Positions 28,881 through 39,363 of a stretch of 64,000 nt of DNA are shown piece after piece. The translations under genes were made by a program, and so were the position numbers. The DNA comes from Gammaproteobacteria bacterium. Lineage in GTDB: Bacteria > Pseudomonadota > Gammaproteobacteria > CAJXQU01. Position 1 is the stretch's first letter, and each line of letters opens with the position of its first letter. The notes under the pieces were generated by a model. That model did not search any database. It was not told where the DNA came from and saw only the letters and a program-made list of their open reading frames with translations. The DNA lies in the NCBI GenBank assembly GCA_965238175.1, contig CBDEGZ010000003.1:768001-832000 (forward strand), given 5' to 3'.

Positions 28881-29330
28881 TCACTCTTCTTTATTCTTCC
28901 AAAACTCACCTTCTATCGTTTTAGATTCTGTTTGGGTTTGTGTCTGTGTCTGAGTTCCACTTGTATGAATTACGGTGAATTTTTTGATTGATTTTTTGAT
29001 CAGAAATTGACGTACCATTGGGATTAAGCAAAGGAAACCAATAATGTCGGTGAAGAATCCTGGTGTCAGTAGTAATGCACCTGTCACTAATAAAATTAAG
29101 CCTTCGAGCATTTCCATTGCAGGAACTTCGTTTTTGTTTAAACTATTTTGTGCGCGGGTGAAGGTCGACAAGCCTTGTTTTCTAAGGAGGTGTGCACCAA
29201 GAACTGCGGTTCCAAAAACCAGTAAGATGGTGTACCCCGCACCGATGACCGTGCCGACCTGAATCAAGAAATAGATCTCAAGTACCGGGATGGTCAAGAA
29301 GGCAATAAATAAAACTGAAAAGAGCGACAT
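28881..29330 (-). CDS. fxsA: FxsA family membrane protein
   Basis: IPVLEIYFLIQVG, LLLTPGFFTDIIG, TIEGEF; short TQ repeat. Confidence 0.93.
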   Translation of the reverse strand: MSLFSVLFIAFLTIPVLEIYFLIQVGTVIGAGYTILLVFGTAVLGAHLLRKQGLSTFTRAQNSLNKNEVPAMEMLEGLILLVTGALLLTPGFFTDIIGFLCLIPMVRQFLIKKSIKKFTVIHTSGTQTQTQTQTESKTIEGEFWKNKEE

Positions 29331-29359
29331 ATTTTCACCGAATAAAATACATGATTTCT

Positions 29360-29387
29360 ATATGGCGACACCATAGCCTTTTTCAAG
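29360..29387 (-). promoter_or_regulatory. Sigma-32 promoter of fxsA
   Basis: Minus strand CTTGAAA-N13-CGCCATAT; fxsA is a known sigma-32 regulon member. Confidence 0.65.
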
Positions 29388-29427
29388 CTGTTGAGGCAAA
29401 CTGAGATCTTTGCTCAAAAGTTAGCTC

Positions 29428-29757
29428 ATGGCATTCATCGTTATTATGAATACTTGCCCAGATAAAAAAACGGCACAGAAAATTGCAAAGAATTTGATCG
29501 AAAATAAATTGGCCGCCTGCGTGAATATCCTGCCGAAGGGGTTATCGGTTTATCGTTGGCAGGGTAAGGTTGAATCTACGGAAGAAAATTTGTTGCTGAT
29601 AAAAACCCATCAAGATCAATTCTCGCAAGTGGAAACGGTGATACAGAGCCTTCATCCCTATGAACTACCGGAGATTATTGCTGTCCCTGTTACGTCGGGA
29701 TCTTCTGACTATCTCGGTTGGTTGAGCCAAAGTTTGGATCAAAATAGTGACAATTAA
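29428..29757 (+). CDS. cutA: Divalent-cation tolerance protein CutA
   Basis: LAACVNI, SVYRWQGKV, HPYELPEII. Confidence 0.95.
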   Translation: MAFIVIMNTCPDKKTAQKIAKNLIENKLAACVNILPKGLSVYRWQGKVESTEENLLLIKTHQDQFSQVETVIQSLHPYELPEIIAVPVTSGSSDYLGWLSQSLDQNSDN

Positions 29758-29759
29758 TT

Positions 29760-31649
29760 ATGGTTATAAAAAAAATGATGTTTGATAGAGTTTCAAAGTT
29801 AGGGATCTGGTTTTTTATCATGCTGAGCTCAGCATCAGTTTCTGCTGGGTTGTTTTCGGATGATTTGGGTTTTGGTGGAAAACAGAAAAAATTCTTACCA
29901 CCGGAAGAGGCTTTCGTGGTTTCGGTCAGAGCCGATGAATCAACATCAAATACAGCCATTGTTAATTTTGACGTGCAGGAAGGTTATTACCTCTATAAAG
30001 ACAAATTTTCATTTACCACTTCGGATACAGGGGTTTCAGTAGACACAGTTGATCTACCTAAAGGTAAGGTTAAAGAAGACCCATTATTTGGAAAAGTAGA
30101 AGTTTATTATGGCCCGACTGCTATTCCTGTTCGTTTGACCCGCGAGAGTTCTGCGGCTCAAGAGATCAATATTAAAGCAGCTTATCAAGGTTGTGCAGAA
30201 GACGGAATTTGTTACCCGCCACTAAATAAAACATTCGCTGTTTCACTGGCGGCTACGAATGTTGATGCAAATAAAAGTACAGAAAATTCTGATCAGCTTG
30301 AACAGAAACAAGCAACCGCACCATCTGAAAATGATCCTGAATTATCCGAATCGGATAGCATTGCATCTTTACTTGCAGACAAGCCTTTATTGATCAGCCT
30401 TGCGTTATTTTTTGGTTTTGGATTGGCCCTTTCATTAACGCCATGTGTTTATCCTATGATCCCAATTCTGTCCGGGATTTTAGTCGGTCAAGGTGACAGC
30501 ATAACCACCAGAAAATCTTTTATGTTGGCTTTGAGTTACGTGCTCGGAATGGCCCTGACTTATGCGGTTGTTGGGGTTGTTGCTGGCGTTTTTGGACACA
30601 ACATACAAGCAATTTTTCAAAACCCATGGATACTCGCAACCTTTGCTGGTGTATTCGTACTGTTAGCACTTTCTATGTTTGGATTTTACGAGCTGCAACT
30701 TCCTTCAGCATTGCAAACACGACTTACAAAAATGAGCGATAGTCAGGAGCGCGGCACATTAACGGGTGCTGGTTTGATGGGCATTTTTTCTGCCATTATA
30801 GTTGGGCCTTGTGTTGCACCACCTTTGGCTGGGGCTCTAATTTATATCGGACAATCCGGGAATGGTTTTCTCGGTGGAATGGCTTTATTTGTGATGGGCT
30901 TAGGCATGGGGGTTCCTCTTCTTTTACTGGGTGCTTCTGCTGGAAAATTATTGCCAAAAGCGGGCGGTTGGATGAATGCGGTCAAACACGTTTTTGGTGT
31001 ATTAATGCTGGCCGTAGCAATATGGTTGTTAGAGAGAATTTTGCCGGCACAAGTAATACTTGCTCTTTGGGGGCTGTTATTGATCAGTTCGGCCGTTTAT
31101 ATGGGCGCGTTAGATACATTAACCGGCGTTGTTTCAGGCTGGAGACGGTTATGGAAATCACTTGGTATCGTCATGTTGATCTATGGTGCACTTTTGATCA
31201 TCGGTGCGGCTAGCGGTGCGAATGATGTTTTCCAACCACTGAAAGGCATGGCAGGATCCAAGAGTGTTGGGCAAAAACAGGACAAGCTGGAATTCATTAC
31301 TATTAAAGGTATGAAAGGGTTGAAAGCCGCTTTCTCCACCGCGCATGCACAAAATAAACCGGTGATGCTCGATTTCTACGCGGATTGGTGTATTGAATGT
31401 AAACGGATGGAGAAAAACACGTTTACCGACAAGCGTGTTCAGCAGCAACTTGAGAACGTTATGTTGTTAAAAGCAGATGTCACACCCAATGACGATGAAG
31501 ATCAAAATTTGTTAAAGTCGATGGGCTTAATTGGACCACCTGCGATATTATTTTTTACGCCTGATGGAACTGAAAAAAGAAAATTTAGAATTACGGGTTA
31601 TGCCGATCCAACAGCTTTCAATAATCATATACAAAGAGTTTTTAACTAG
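29760..31649 (+). CDS. dsbD: Thiol:disulfide interchange protein DsbD
   Basis: QGCAEDGICYPP, TPCVYPMIPI, PCVAPPL, WCIECK. Confidence 0.97.
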   Translation: MVIKKMMFDRVSKLGIWFFIMLSSASVSAGLFSDDLGFGGKQKKFLPPEEAFVVSVRADESTSNTAIVNFDVQEGYYLYKDKFSFTTSDTGVSVDTVDLPKGKVKEDPLFGKVEVYYGPTAIPVRLTRESSAAQEINIKAAYQGCAEDGICYPPLNKTFAVSLAATNVDANKSTENSDQLEQKQATAPSENDPELSESDSIASLLADKPLLISLALFFGFGLALSLTPCVYPMIPILSGILVGQGDSITTRKSFMLALSYVLGMALTYAVVGVVAGVFGHNIQAIFQNPWILATFAGVFVLLALSMFGFYELQLPSALQTRLTKMSDSQERGTLTGAGLMGIFSAIIVGPCVAPPLAGALIYIGQSGNGFLGGMALFVMGLGMGVPLLLLGASAGKLLPKAGGWMNAVKHVFGVLMLAVAIWLLERILPAQVILALWGLLLISSAVYMGALDTLTGVVSGWRRLWKSLGIVMLIYGALLIIGAASGANDVFQPLKGMAGSKSVGQKQDKLEFITIKGMKGLKAAFSTAHAQNKPVMLDFYADWCIECKRMEKNTFTDKRVQQQLENVMLLKADVTPNDDEDQNLLKSMGLIGPPAILFFTPDGTEKRKFRITGYADPTAFNNHIQRVFN

Positions 31650-31685
31650 AAGCCCAAAAGGAAAACCGAAAGGAAAACAATAATA

Positions 31686-32252
31686 ATGAAAAAAATCCCA
31701 TTACCCATACTTCTATTTGGTTTAATGTTTCTTGCCGGTTATGCTGGATTTTTTGTTTTCCAAAATATGCACGATCCACAATCACAGCAACATGGATCTG
31801 GAGCAATGGTCGGCAGTGATATGTTGATGATCGGTTTGCCGCGGCCAGATTTTGAACTGAACGATATAGATGGCAATCCACGCAAGTTGTCAGAATGGGA
31901 CGGTAAAATTATCATTTTAAATTTCTGGGCAACCTGGTGCCCGCCGTGTAAGAAAGAATTACCCGCGTTTGTTGAATTACAAACACAATATGCCGATCAG
32001 GGAATTCAATTTGTTGGGATAGCGGTAGATCTGCCAGATAATGTTCGATCATTTATGGAAGAAATCCCACTTAATTTCCCAAATCTGATCAGCGAAACCG
32101 AAGCTATGAAAATTGCTGGTCTTTATGGAAATTCACGAGGTGCATTGCCCTATACTGTCTTTATCAATAAGTCTGGCAAAATTTCTTACACGCATACTGG
32201 CGAATTAGAAAAAGCAGAGGCTGAAAAGGTACTTACTTCCCTGTTAAATTGA
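31686..32252 (+). CDS. TlpA/ResA-family membrane-anchored thioredoxin
   Basis: N-terminal TM, LNFWATWCPPCKKELP. Confidence 0.92.
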   Translation: MKKIPLPILLFGLMFLAGYAGFFVFQNMHDPQSQQHGSGAMVGSDMLMIGLPRPDFELNDIDGNPRKLSEWDGKIIILNFWATWCPPCKKELPAFVELQTQYADQGIQFVGIAVDLPDNVRSFMEEIPLNFPNLISETEAMKIAGLYGNSRGALPYTVFINKSGKISYTHTGELEKAEAEKVLTSLLN

Positions 32253-32376
32253 GCTGTAACTGCAAATTATTATCAATTCTAATGTGAGCTTTTACGAACT
32301 ACAGTGAACTTCAGGTTTGTTGTTAAATACATTGATGTTTAACACTTCATAAAGAAATACGTGCTAACATTATTTA

Positions 32377-33426
32377 ATGATGCAACGCACAAATAATATG
32401 AGAAAACCTGAAGTTGAGCACAAACCGATCAATTTGGCGCTCCAGGGGGGAGGTGCGCATGGCGCATTCACATGGGGAGTGCTTGATCGCCTCCTTGAAG
32501 CCGATTGTTTTTATATAGAAGGGATAAGTGGGACCAGTGCTGGAGCTATGAATGCAACGGTGATGGCATACGGGTATTTGTTGGGAGGTCGGGAAGGAGC
32601 ACGAGAAAAGTTGGCGGAATTTTGGCATGAGCTTACAAGGAAGAGTTTCAGTGACGTGCATAGCCTTGGATATGATAAACTTCCCGGGGTGGATTTATCT
32701 CCCTCGTTTGCCATTTTCCGATCTCTTGGTTGGTTTCTATCACCATACCAGTTTAACCCACTTGCTTTTGATCCATTACGGGATATTGTCGAAAAGGTGA
32801 TCGATTTTGAACACTTGCAAAAAGAAAATCCCATCAAATTATTTATCGCGACAACACAGGTACGCACAGGAAAAATAAGGATCTTTGAGAATCATGAGTT
32901 AACCTCTGATGCACTACTCGCTTCTGCATGTTTGCCTTTGATGCACCACGCAATAGAAATTGAGGGCGAAGCCTATTGGGATGGTGGATTTTCAGGAAAC
33001 CCTGCGGTTTATCCTCTGATTCATAACTGTAAGAGCGATGATATTGTTGTGGTTTTATTATCTCCTTTAGAGATAAAAGCGAATCCAATGAATGCCGAAG
33101 ATATAAGAAACAGGGTGAGTGACTTAAGTTTTAATGCTGCTTTTCTAAGAGAGATGCGAGCAATTGCGGACTCTAAAGTAAGGTACGGAAATGGTGTTGT
33201 CACTTGGGGTAAGCTAGAAAAGAAATTGAGAGACACTAAAATACATTTGATTGAAGCTGAAAACCTGATGAAAAATCTTAGCCATGGAAGCAAATTGGAT
33301 ACATCGCGAGCATTTCTGAATATGCTATTTGAAGAAGGACGTGATCATGCTGATAAATGGTTAGGTGAAAATTTTAGTGGAATAGGTTCTCATTCGACAA
33401 TTAATTTGATGGAATTATTTGTTTAG
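32377..33426 (+). CDS. Patatin-like phospholipase/esterase
   Basis: LALQGGGAHGAFTWG, GTSAG, ASACLP, WDGG. Confidence 0.92.
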   Translation: MMQRTNNMRKPEVEHKPINLALQGGGAHGAFTWGVLDRLLEADCFYIEGISGTSAGAMNATVMAYGYLLGGREGAREKLAEFWHELTRKSFSDVHSLGYDKLPGVDLSPSFAIFRSLGWFLSPYQFNPLAFDPLRDIVEKVIDFEHLQKENPIKLFIATTQVRTGKIRIFENHELTSDALLASACLPLMHHAIEIEGEAYWDGGFSGNPAVYPLIHNCKSDDIVVVLLSPLEIKANPMNAEDIRNRVSDLSFNAAFLREMRAIADSKVRYGNGVVTWGKLEKKLRDTKIHLIEAENLMKNLSHGSKLDTSRAFLNMLFEEGRDHADKWLGENFSGIGSHSTINLMELFV

Positions 33427-33716
33427 TTTGGCTCAATCTCTTCAATGTAACTTCTGCCGATAGGCGTTTGAACGTATTTTTTCTTCCCGTCAATGGTTGC
33501 CCAAAAAAAGTAATAACCTTTTGAAGGTTCGGAAGTGACTTTGCCATCGACAACGATCCATTCTTTTACATGAGTACCATCCGCGTAGGTGACTTTATAA
33601 TTTCCTTCAAGCCAGGATACGCCCAGGCGAGATAACTTATTTTGCTGTTCTTCAGAACAGCCAGAGAGAAATAAAACTGCTGTAAGTAGTAGTACTAGTT
33701 TTAAAACATTATTCAT
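33423..33716 (-). CDS. Hypothetical small lipoprotein
   Basis: Lipobox LSGC; AGGA RBS before ATG at 33716. Confidence 0.7.
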   Translation of the reverse strand: MNNVLKLVLLLTAVLFLSGCSEEQQNKLSRLGVSWLEGNYKVTYADGTHVKEWIVVDGKVTSEPSKGYYFFWATIDGKKKYVQTPIGRSYIEEIEPN

Positions 33717-33792
33717 CTTTAATATTCCTGGAGAGTTAAAAATAGTCGATTTTGTAGCCAATTGCTGCTAAAATTCTGCCATCTTCGCGTAA

Positions 33793-34248
33793 ATGGTAAT
33801 TTTGATGTCAAAATTCCTGATTTTGAATGGCCCTAATCTTAATTTGCTTGGAACACGTGAACCAGAAGTCTATGGTAGCACTACTCTTGCAGATATAGAG
33901 CAGCATTTGAGAAGTGTGGCGAAGAAAAAGAAACATAAATTAGCGTTTTCACAATCAAATGCGGAACATGATTTAGTTTCAAAAATTCATTCGGCTGTGG
34001 ACGATAATATTGATTTTATTATCATTAATCCAGCGGCTTTTACCCATACCAGCGTAGCTTTACGCGATGCTTTTTTGGGCGTGAAAATTCCTTTTATAGA
34101 AGTGCATTTATCTAATGTACATGCACGTGAAGATTTTCGACAACATTCCTACCTGTCAGATATTGCAATTGGAGTGATCTGTGGATTAGGTGTAGACGGC
34201 TATGAATTTGCTCTGCTGGCAGGTATTAACCACTTAAATAAGGGTTGA
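33793..34248 (+). CDS. aroQ: Type II 3-dehydroquinate dehydratase (start may be 33805)
   Basis: [34 protein letters not shown]. Confidence 0.97.
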   Translation: MVILMSKFLILNGPNLNLLGTREPEVYGSTTLADIEQHLRSVAKKKKHKLAFSQSNAEHDLVSKIHSAVDDNIDFIIINPAAFTHTSVALRDAFLGVKIPFIEVHLSNVHAREDFRQHSYLSDIAIGVICGLGVDGYEFALLAGINHLNKG

Positions 34249-34252
34249 AAAA

Positions 34253-34690
34253 ATGGATATACGAAAAGTAAAAAAACTGATCGAACTGTTGGAAGAGTCT
34301 GGCATTGCTGAGATCGAAATCAAAGAAGGTGAAGAGTCGGTACGTATTTCTCGTCAGGGAAGTGCCGTCGCAGCACCAGCACCGATGATGGCTGCGACGG
34401 TTGCTGCTCCAACACCCATGGCAGAAGCACCTGTGGCACCTGTTGTTGAAGATAACTCAAAGGCAATAACTTCACCGATGGTGGGCACTTTTTATCTTGC
34501 TTCTTCACCAGGATCTGCACCGTTTGCAAGTGTTGGTCAATCGGTTAAAAAAGGCGATGTGATATGTATTATCGAAGCGATGAAGATAATGAATCAGATT
34601 GAATCTGATCGTGACGGGGTTATTAAATCAATTCCTGCCGTAGATGGTCAGCCAGTCGAATTCGGACAACCACTTTTTATTATTGGATAG
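34253..34690 (+). CDS. accB: Acetyl-CoA carboxylase biotin carboxyl carrier protein
   Basis: SPMVGTFY, EAMK biotinylation site. Confidence 0.98.
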   Translation: MDIRKVKKLIELLEESGIAEIEIKEGEESVRISRQGSAVAAPAPMMAATVAAPTPMAEAPVAPVVEDNSKAITSPMVGTFYLASSPGSAPFASVGQSVKKGDVICIIEAMKIMNQIESDRDGVIKSIPAVDGQPVEFGQPLFIIG

Positions 34691-34699
34691 AGGTTCGCA

Positions 34700-36043
34700 A
34701 TGTTAGAAAAAATTGTTATTGCGAATCGTGGAGAAATCGCGTTACGTATACTTCGCGCTTGTCGCGAAATGGGCATCAAGACTGTTGCCGTTCACTCCGA
34801 AGCGGATCGTGATCTAAAACACGTTCGACTTGCAGATGAATCTGTTTGTATTGGCCCAGCATCTTCAACTGATAGTTATCTGAATGTTCCTGCTGTACTT
34901 AGTGCAGCTGAAGTGACAGATGCAGTTGCTATTCACCCCGGATATGGTTTTCTTTCGGAAAATGCTGAATTCGCTGATCGCGTTGAAAAAAGTGGTTTTA
35001 TCTTTATCGGCCCTAAAGCTGAGACCATTGAAATCATGGGTGACAAGGTCTCCGCGATTAGAGCGATGAAGGAATCTGGTGTGCCTTGCGTACCAGGATC
35101 TGACGGTATTATTAATGACGATATGATCAGAAATAAACGACTCGCAAAAGAGATCGGTTATCCAATCATCATCAAAGCCACTGCCGGTGGTGGCGGTCGT
35201 GGAATGCGTGTTGTTCATACGGAAGCTGAATTACAAGGCTCTATCGCTCTTACCCAGACAGAAGCAAAAAATGCTTTTGGAAATGGTGATGTTTATCTGG
35301 AAAAATTTCTCCAAAAACCACGTCATGTTGAGATCCAGGTGCTGGCAGATACACATGGGAATGTTATCCACCTTTGTGAGCGTGATTGCTCAACACAACG
35401 ACGTAATCAAAAAGTGATAGAGGAAGCACCTGCTCCTGGAATTACGCCAGAGTTACGTGCGGAGATCGGTGCAAGATGTGTTGATGCATGTAAAAAAATT
35501 AACTATCGCAGTGCTGGTACATTTGAATTTCTTTTTCAGGATGATGAATTTTACTTTATAGAAATGAATACACGTGTTCAGGTTGAACATCCGGTAACTG
35601 AAATGATCACTGGTGTGGATATTGTCAAAGAGCAATTACGGATCGCTGATGGTGAGAAACTGAACTACACACAAAACGATATTGAGGTACGAGGCCATTC
35701 GGTTGAATGCCGGATCAATGCTGAAGATCCAAAAACCTTTATGCCATCGCCGGGTACAATTACTATGTATCATCCACCGGGTGGTCCTGGTATTCGTATG
35801 GAAACACATATTTATGACGGTTATAAAGTGCCACCTTATTATGACTCCATGATTGGGAAATTGGTTACTCATGGTGAAACCAGAGATGCAGCGTTAGCAA
35901 AAATGCGTAGTGCACTTTCTGAGCTGGTCATCGAAGGAATAAAAACAAATATTCCTCTACACCTGGATATGCTGGCTGATAAGGGGTTTTGTGAAGGTGG
36001 AATAGATATCCACTATTTGGAGAAAAAACTGGGGATGCAGTAA
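34700..36043 (+). CDS. accC: Biotin carboxylase
   Basis: [32 protein letters not shown]. Confidence 0.98.
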   Translation: MLEKIVIANRGEIALRILRACREMGIKTVAVHSEADRDLKHVRLADESVCIGPASSTDSYLNVPAVLSAAEVTDAVAIHPGYGFLSENAEFADRVEKSGFIFIGPKAETIEIMGDKVSAIRAMKESGVPCVPGSDGIINDDMIRNKRLAKEIGYPIIIKATAGGGGRGMRVVHTEAELQGSIALTQTEAKNAFGNGDVYLEKFLQKPRHVEIQVLADTHGNVIHLCERDCSTQRRNQKVIEEAPAPGITPELRAEIGARCVDACKKINYRSAGTFEFLFQDDEFYFIEMNTRVQVEHPVTEMITGVDIVKEQLRIADGEKLNYTQNDIEVRGHSVECRINAEDPKTFMPSPGTITMYHPPGGPGIRMETHIYDGYKVPPYYDSMIGKLVTHGETRDAALAKMRSALSELVIEGIKTNIPLHLDMLADKGFCEGGIDIHYLEKKLGMQ

Positions 36044-36098
36044 TTTCAGGGACTTTCGAAATTAACCAGATCTTCCCTAATCCACTTGCAGGTTTTTC

Positions 36099-37028
36099 AT
36101 GAACCAAATTAGCCACTGGGTTCAGCTGGTTTTTATCACTGATCCAGAAACTTCTGTAACTCTATCCGACGCATTAGAAGCAGCGGGTTCTGCTGCTGTT
36201 ACACTTCTTGATGCGGCGGATCAGGCCTTATTCGATATTGGTCAGGAAGAAATTGAGTTATGGGATCAAGTGCGGCTGATTGCATTATTTGATACCGAAT
36301 TACTGAAATCAGAGGCAGATCTCGATCAGATCTTGCAGCAATTAAAAAATCAGGTTAAAAATATTCCACCTTATGAACTTGTCCCACTAGAGAACGAAGA
36401 TTGGGAACGCACATGGATGACGCGTTTTAAGCCAATGCGGTTTGGTGAAAATGTCTGGATCTGCCCAACGTGGGAAACACCACCTGATCCAGATGCGATC
36501 AATTTAATCCTCGATCCAGGTATGGCTTTCGGTACAGGAACTCATGAAACGACTTCACTTTGTCTGACCTGGTTGGCTAACAATCAAGCTTCGATCAAAA
36601 ATAAAAATGTGATTGATTATGGTTGTGGCTCCGGTATCTTAGCGATTGCAGCAGCCAGGTTAGGCGCTGAATCTGTTTGGGCCGTAGACATCGAACAACA
36701 GGCATTAGACAGCACAAAAGAAAATGCGCGATCAAATCTTGTATTGGGAAAATTGAGTATTTCCAGTCCGAATTTGGAATTGCAATTAGATGGTGGAAAT
36801 AATATAAAAGCAGAATTATTGATCGCCAATATTCTTGCAAATCCTCTAATCAAATTAGCCTCTTTGTTTGCTGACTATTCCTTGCCAGGAGGGAAGATTA
36901 TTTTGTCAGGCATTCTCCAGGAGCAAGTGCCACAGATCCTGGATGCATACCAGTTGTTTTATTCTTTTACAGTACCGCAATATAAGAATGAGTGGTCATT
37001 GCTGGAAGGCACGCGTAGAACTCAGTAA
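36099..37028 (+). CDS. prmA: Ribosomal protein L11 methyltransferase
   Basis: LDPGMAFGTGTHETT, DYGCGSGIL, ANILANP. Confidence 0.96.
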   Translation: MNQISHWVQLVFITDPETSVTLSDALEAAGSAAVTLLDAADQALFDIGQEEIELWDQVRLIALFDTELLKSEADLDQILQQLKNQVKNIPPYELVPLENEDWERTWMTRFKPMRFGENVWICPTWETPPDPDAINLILDPGMAFGTGTHETTSLCLTWLANNQASIKNKNVIDYGCGSGILAIAAARLGAESVWAVDIEQQALDSTKENARSNLVLGKLSISSPNLELQLDGGNNIKAELLIANILANPLIKLASLFADYSLPGGKIILSGILQEQVPQILDAYQLFYSFTVPQYKNEWSLLEGTRRTQ

Positions 37029-37037
37029 AATCACAGC

Positions 37038-38048
37038 ATGATCACACACTGTCTTGAGTGCGACACATATTTTCGTGTCAGTGCAGAACAACTAAAAACA
37101 GCTAACGGACAGGTTAAATGCGGCTGTTGTATGAGAGTGTTTAATGCACTGGAATCTCTACTCGATAATTCTGAAAGTTCAGACAGCTCGGATAGTACTG
37201 AGACTATCCATAAAGAAACAATTGGATCTGCCTTACTCGGAACTAATAAAGATCTACCTGTGCATGTCGACGAAGTATTTGTTATAGAAGAGCATGAAGC
37301 CACAGTAGAAGAACTTCCTGAAGTTATTTTAGAGACAGCGATTGATACTAATGATACAAATTTAACTTTATACGCTGACCTTTCCGAAGAAGATGATGAT
37401 ATCGAAGAAGAATTAATTGCAGTGGTTGCTGGTATTACTGCTGATACTCAAAAAAGTGTCTACGCAGAGACGGAAAATCTTATTGGTGAAAGCGATGAAG
37501 ACGATTCTGATGACGCATCGCTTTTCGGTATTACAATAGAAGAGGAGTTGGTTGGGTTAAATAATCCTCCTGAACTTCAGAAACAATCAAGTTGGATATG
37601 GCCTGGTGCAAGTATATTCATGTTTGCGTTGCTGATTTTTCAGTTTTTGAATTTTAATATCGAAAGTATGTTAAAAAAATCTCCACAACTAGAACCACTT
37701 TGTGGATTTTTGGATTGCCCCGTTGTAAAAGAGCTTCAAAATGTTTCAACTATAAAGTTGATATCACGCGATGTTCGCGAACACCCTCAATTTATAGACG
37801 TTTTATTGATCAATGCTACATTAATAAATAGTACTGAAACGCGTAAATCTTTTCCTAAATTACAGCTAGACTTATACGACAAGGTTGGGAGATCGATTGG
37901 GGATCGTCTATTTCTACCAGATGAATATTTAGACAGTAGTATTGACCTTGATGTTGGTATGAAACCTGATTTGCCAGTTCATATTGTCCTTGAAGTAATG
38001 GGTTCTGGCGAAGTAGCCAGTAGTTTTGAATTTACATTCTTAGAATAG
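37038..38048 (+). CDS. Zinc-ribbon / DUF3426 membrane protein
   Basis: CxxC-TYFRV...GQVKCGCC N-terminal Zn ribbon, acidic linker, TM, C-terminal domain; usual prmA-dusB position. Confidence 0.85.
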   Translation: MITHCLECDTYFRVSAEQLKTANGQVKCGCCMRVFNALESLLDNSESSDSSDSTETIHKETIGSALLGTNKDLPVHVDEVFVIEEHEATVEELPEVILETAIDTNDTNLTLYADLSEEDDDIEEELIAVVAGITADTQKSVYAETENLIGESDEDDSDDASLFGITIEEELVGLNNPPELQKQSSWIWPGASIFMFALLIFQFLNFNIESMLKKSPQLEPLCGFLDCPVVKELQNVSTIKLISRDVREHPQFIDVLLINATLINSTETRKSFPKLQLDLYDKVGRSIGDRLFLPDEYLDSSIDLDVGMKPDLPVHIVLEVMGSGEVASSFEFTFLE

Positions 38049-38065
38049 GTTTGTAGCTATTAAAA

Positions 38066-39055
38066 ATGATCAAAAGTACATTTCCAAAAATTGTTCTTGC
38101 ACCGATGGCTGGTATTACTGATCGTCCATTTAGAATTTTATGTCGACAGTATGGAGCTGAACAAACCACCTCGGAAATGGTGTCTGCAAATCCCGCGTTA
38201 AGAAATACAAAAAAGAGCCAGCAACGATTAGATTATAAAGATGAGATCGGCTTGAAAATTATTCAAATTGTAGGTACAGATCCTCAAACCATGGCTGAAG
38301 CGGCACGTTATAATATTGATCAAGGTGCCGAAGTTATCAATATTAATATGGGATGTCCGGCAAAAAAAGTTTGTAATGTTATGGCGGGATCAGCACTACT
38401 TAAGAATGAAAAATTAGTAACGCAAATTTTGGAAGCCGTGGTTAATGCCATTGATATTCCTGTGACTTTGAAGATACGAACAGGAGTAGATCCTGAAAAT
38501 CGCAACGGTGTTGAGATTGCACGCATTGCTGAAGCCTCTGGTATTCAATCACTAGCAGTACATGGAAGGACGAGAGCTTGTGCCTACCGAGGACAAGCTG
38601 AATACGAAACGATACGCAAAATAAAAAAGACTATTTCGATTCCAGTTTATGCTAACGGCGATATTTCCAGTCCCCAAAAGGCAAAGCAGGTTTTGGATTT
38701 TACGGGTGTTGATGGTGTAATGGTTGGTCGTGCTTCACAAGGTAACCCATGGATTTTTGATCAAATAAAATATTTTTTAGAGACAGGCTCAGAACTTGAT
38801 CTGCCTGGTATAGAAGAAACTGAAGCTACGATGCTTAGACATCTAATGAGTCTTTATGAATTTTATGGAGAATATTCTGGTTTGCGAATTGCACGTAAAC
38901 ATATTCGTTGGTATTTAGAAAAGCTACCAGATAAGTACCAACGGATTAGTAAAAATAACTGGCAGCAAATATCACGGGTTGATAGTATAGAGTCTCAGTT
39001 GCATTTAGTTGCTAAGTATTTTGAGGCAATAAAAATAAATACATTTGCCGCATAA
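38066..39055 (+). CDS. dusB: tRNA-dihydrouridine synthase B
   Basis: LAPMAGITD, INMGCPAKKV, HGRTR, NGDI; upstream of fis. Confidence 0.95.
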   Translation: MIKSTFPKIVLAPMAGITDRPFRILCRQYGAEQTTSEMVSANPALRNTKKSQQRLDYKDEIGLKIIQIVGTDPQTMAEAARYNIDQGAEVININMGCPAKKVCNVMAGSALLKNEKLVTQILEAVVNAIDIPVTLKIRTGVDPENRNGVEIARIAEASGIQSLAVHGRTRACAYRGQAEYETIRKIKKTISIPVYANGDISSPQKAKQVLDFTGVDGVMVGRASQGNPWIFDQIKYFLETGSELDLPGIEETEATMLRHLMSLYEFYGEYSGLRIARKHIRWYLEKLPDKYQRISKNNWQQISRVDSIESQLHLVAKYFEAIKINTFAA

Positions 39056-39070
39056 CACCTATGGGCTCAC

Positions 39071-39346
39071 ATGAAGAATAAAAAAAATAAAGTGGAACAA
39101 GAAGACAATAGTAGTAACTCAGCGCTCTCTAAGTGTATTCGCAAAACATTAAAAACATACTTCAAAGATCTTGATGGTCATCCATCCGGTAATTTGTACG
39201 ACATGGTATTGGCCGAAACAGAAAAACCGATGTTAGAAGTCGTAATGAACGAAACAGGCCACAATGTGACAAAAACAGCAGAAATATTAGGACTTAATCG
39301 CGGAACCTTGCGCAAGAAGCTTCAGAAGTACGATATCCAAAAATAA
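39071..39346 (+). CDS. fis: Fis DNA-binding protein
   Basis: [14 protein letters not shown]...[14 protein letters not shown]. Confidence 0.92.
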   Translation: MKNKKNKVEQEDNSSNSALSKCIRKTLKTYFKDLDGHPSGNLYDMVLAETEKPMLEVVMNETGHNVTKTAEILGLNRGTLRKKLQKYDIQK

Positions 39347-39363
39347 CACCCGAGAAAATATTC

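Noticed and set aside
28928-28957. Hexamer-like repeat encoding TQTQTQTQ in fxsA
   Set aside because: Degenerate low-complexity linker typical of FxsA tails; not a clean phase-variable tract
32320-32345. Possible FNR box upstream of the patatin gene (TTGATGTTTAACAC)
   Set aside because: The second half-site is too poor a match to ATCAA
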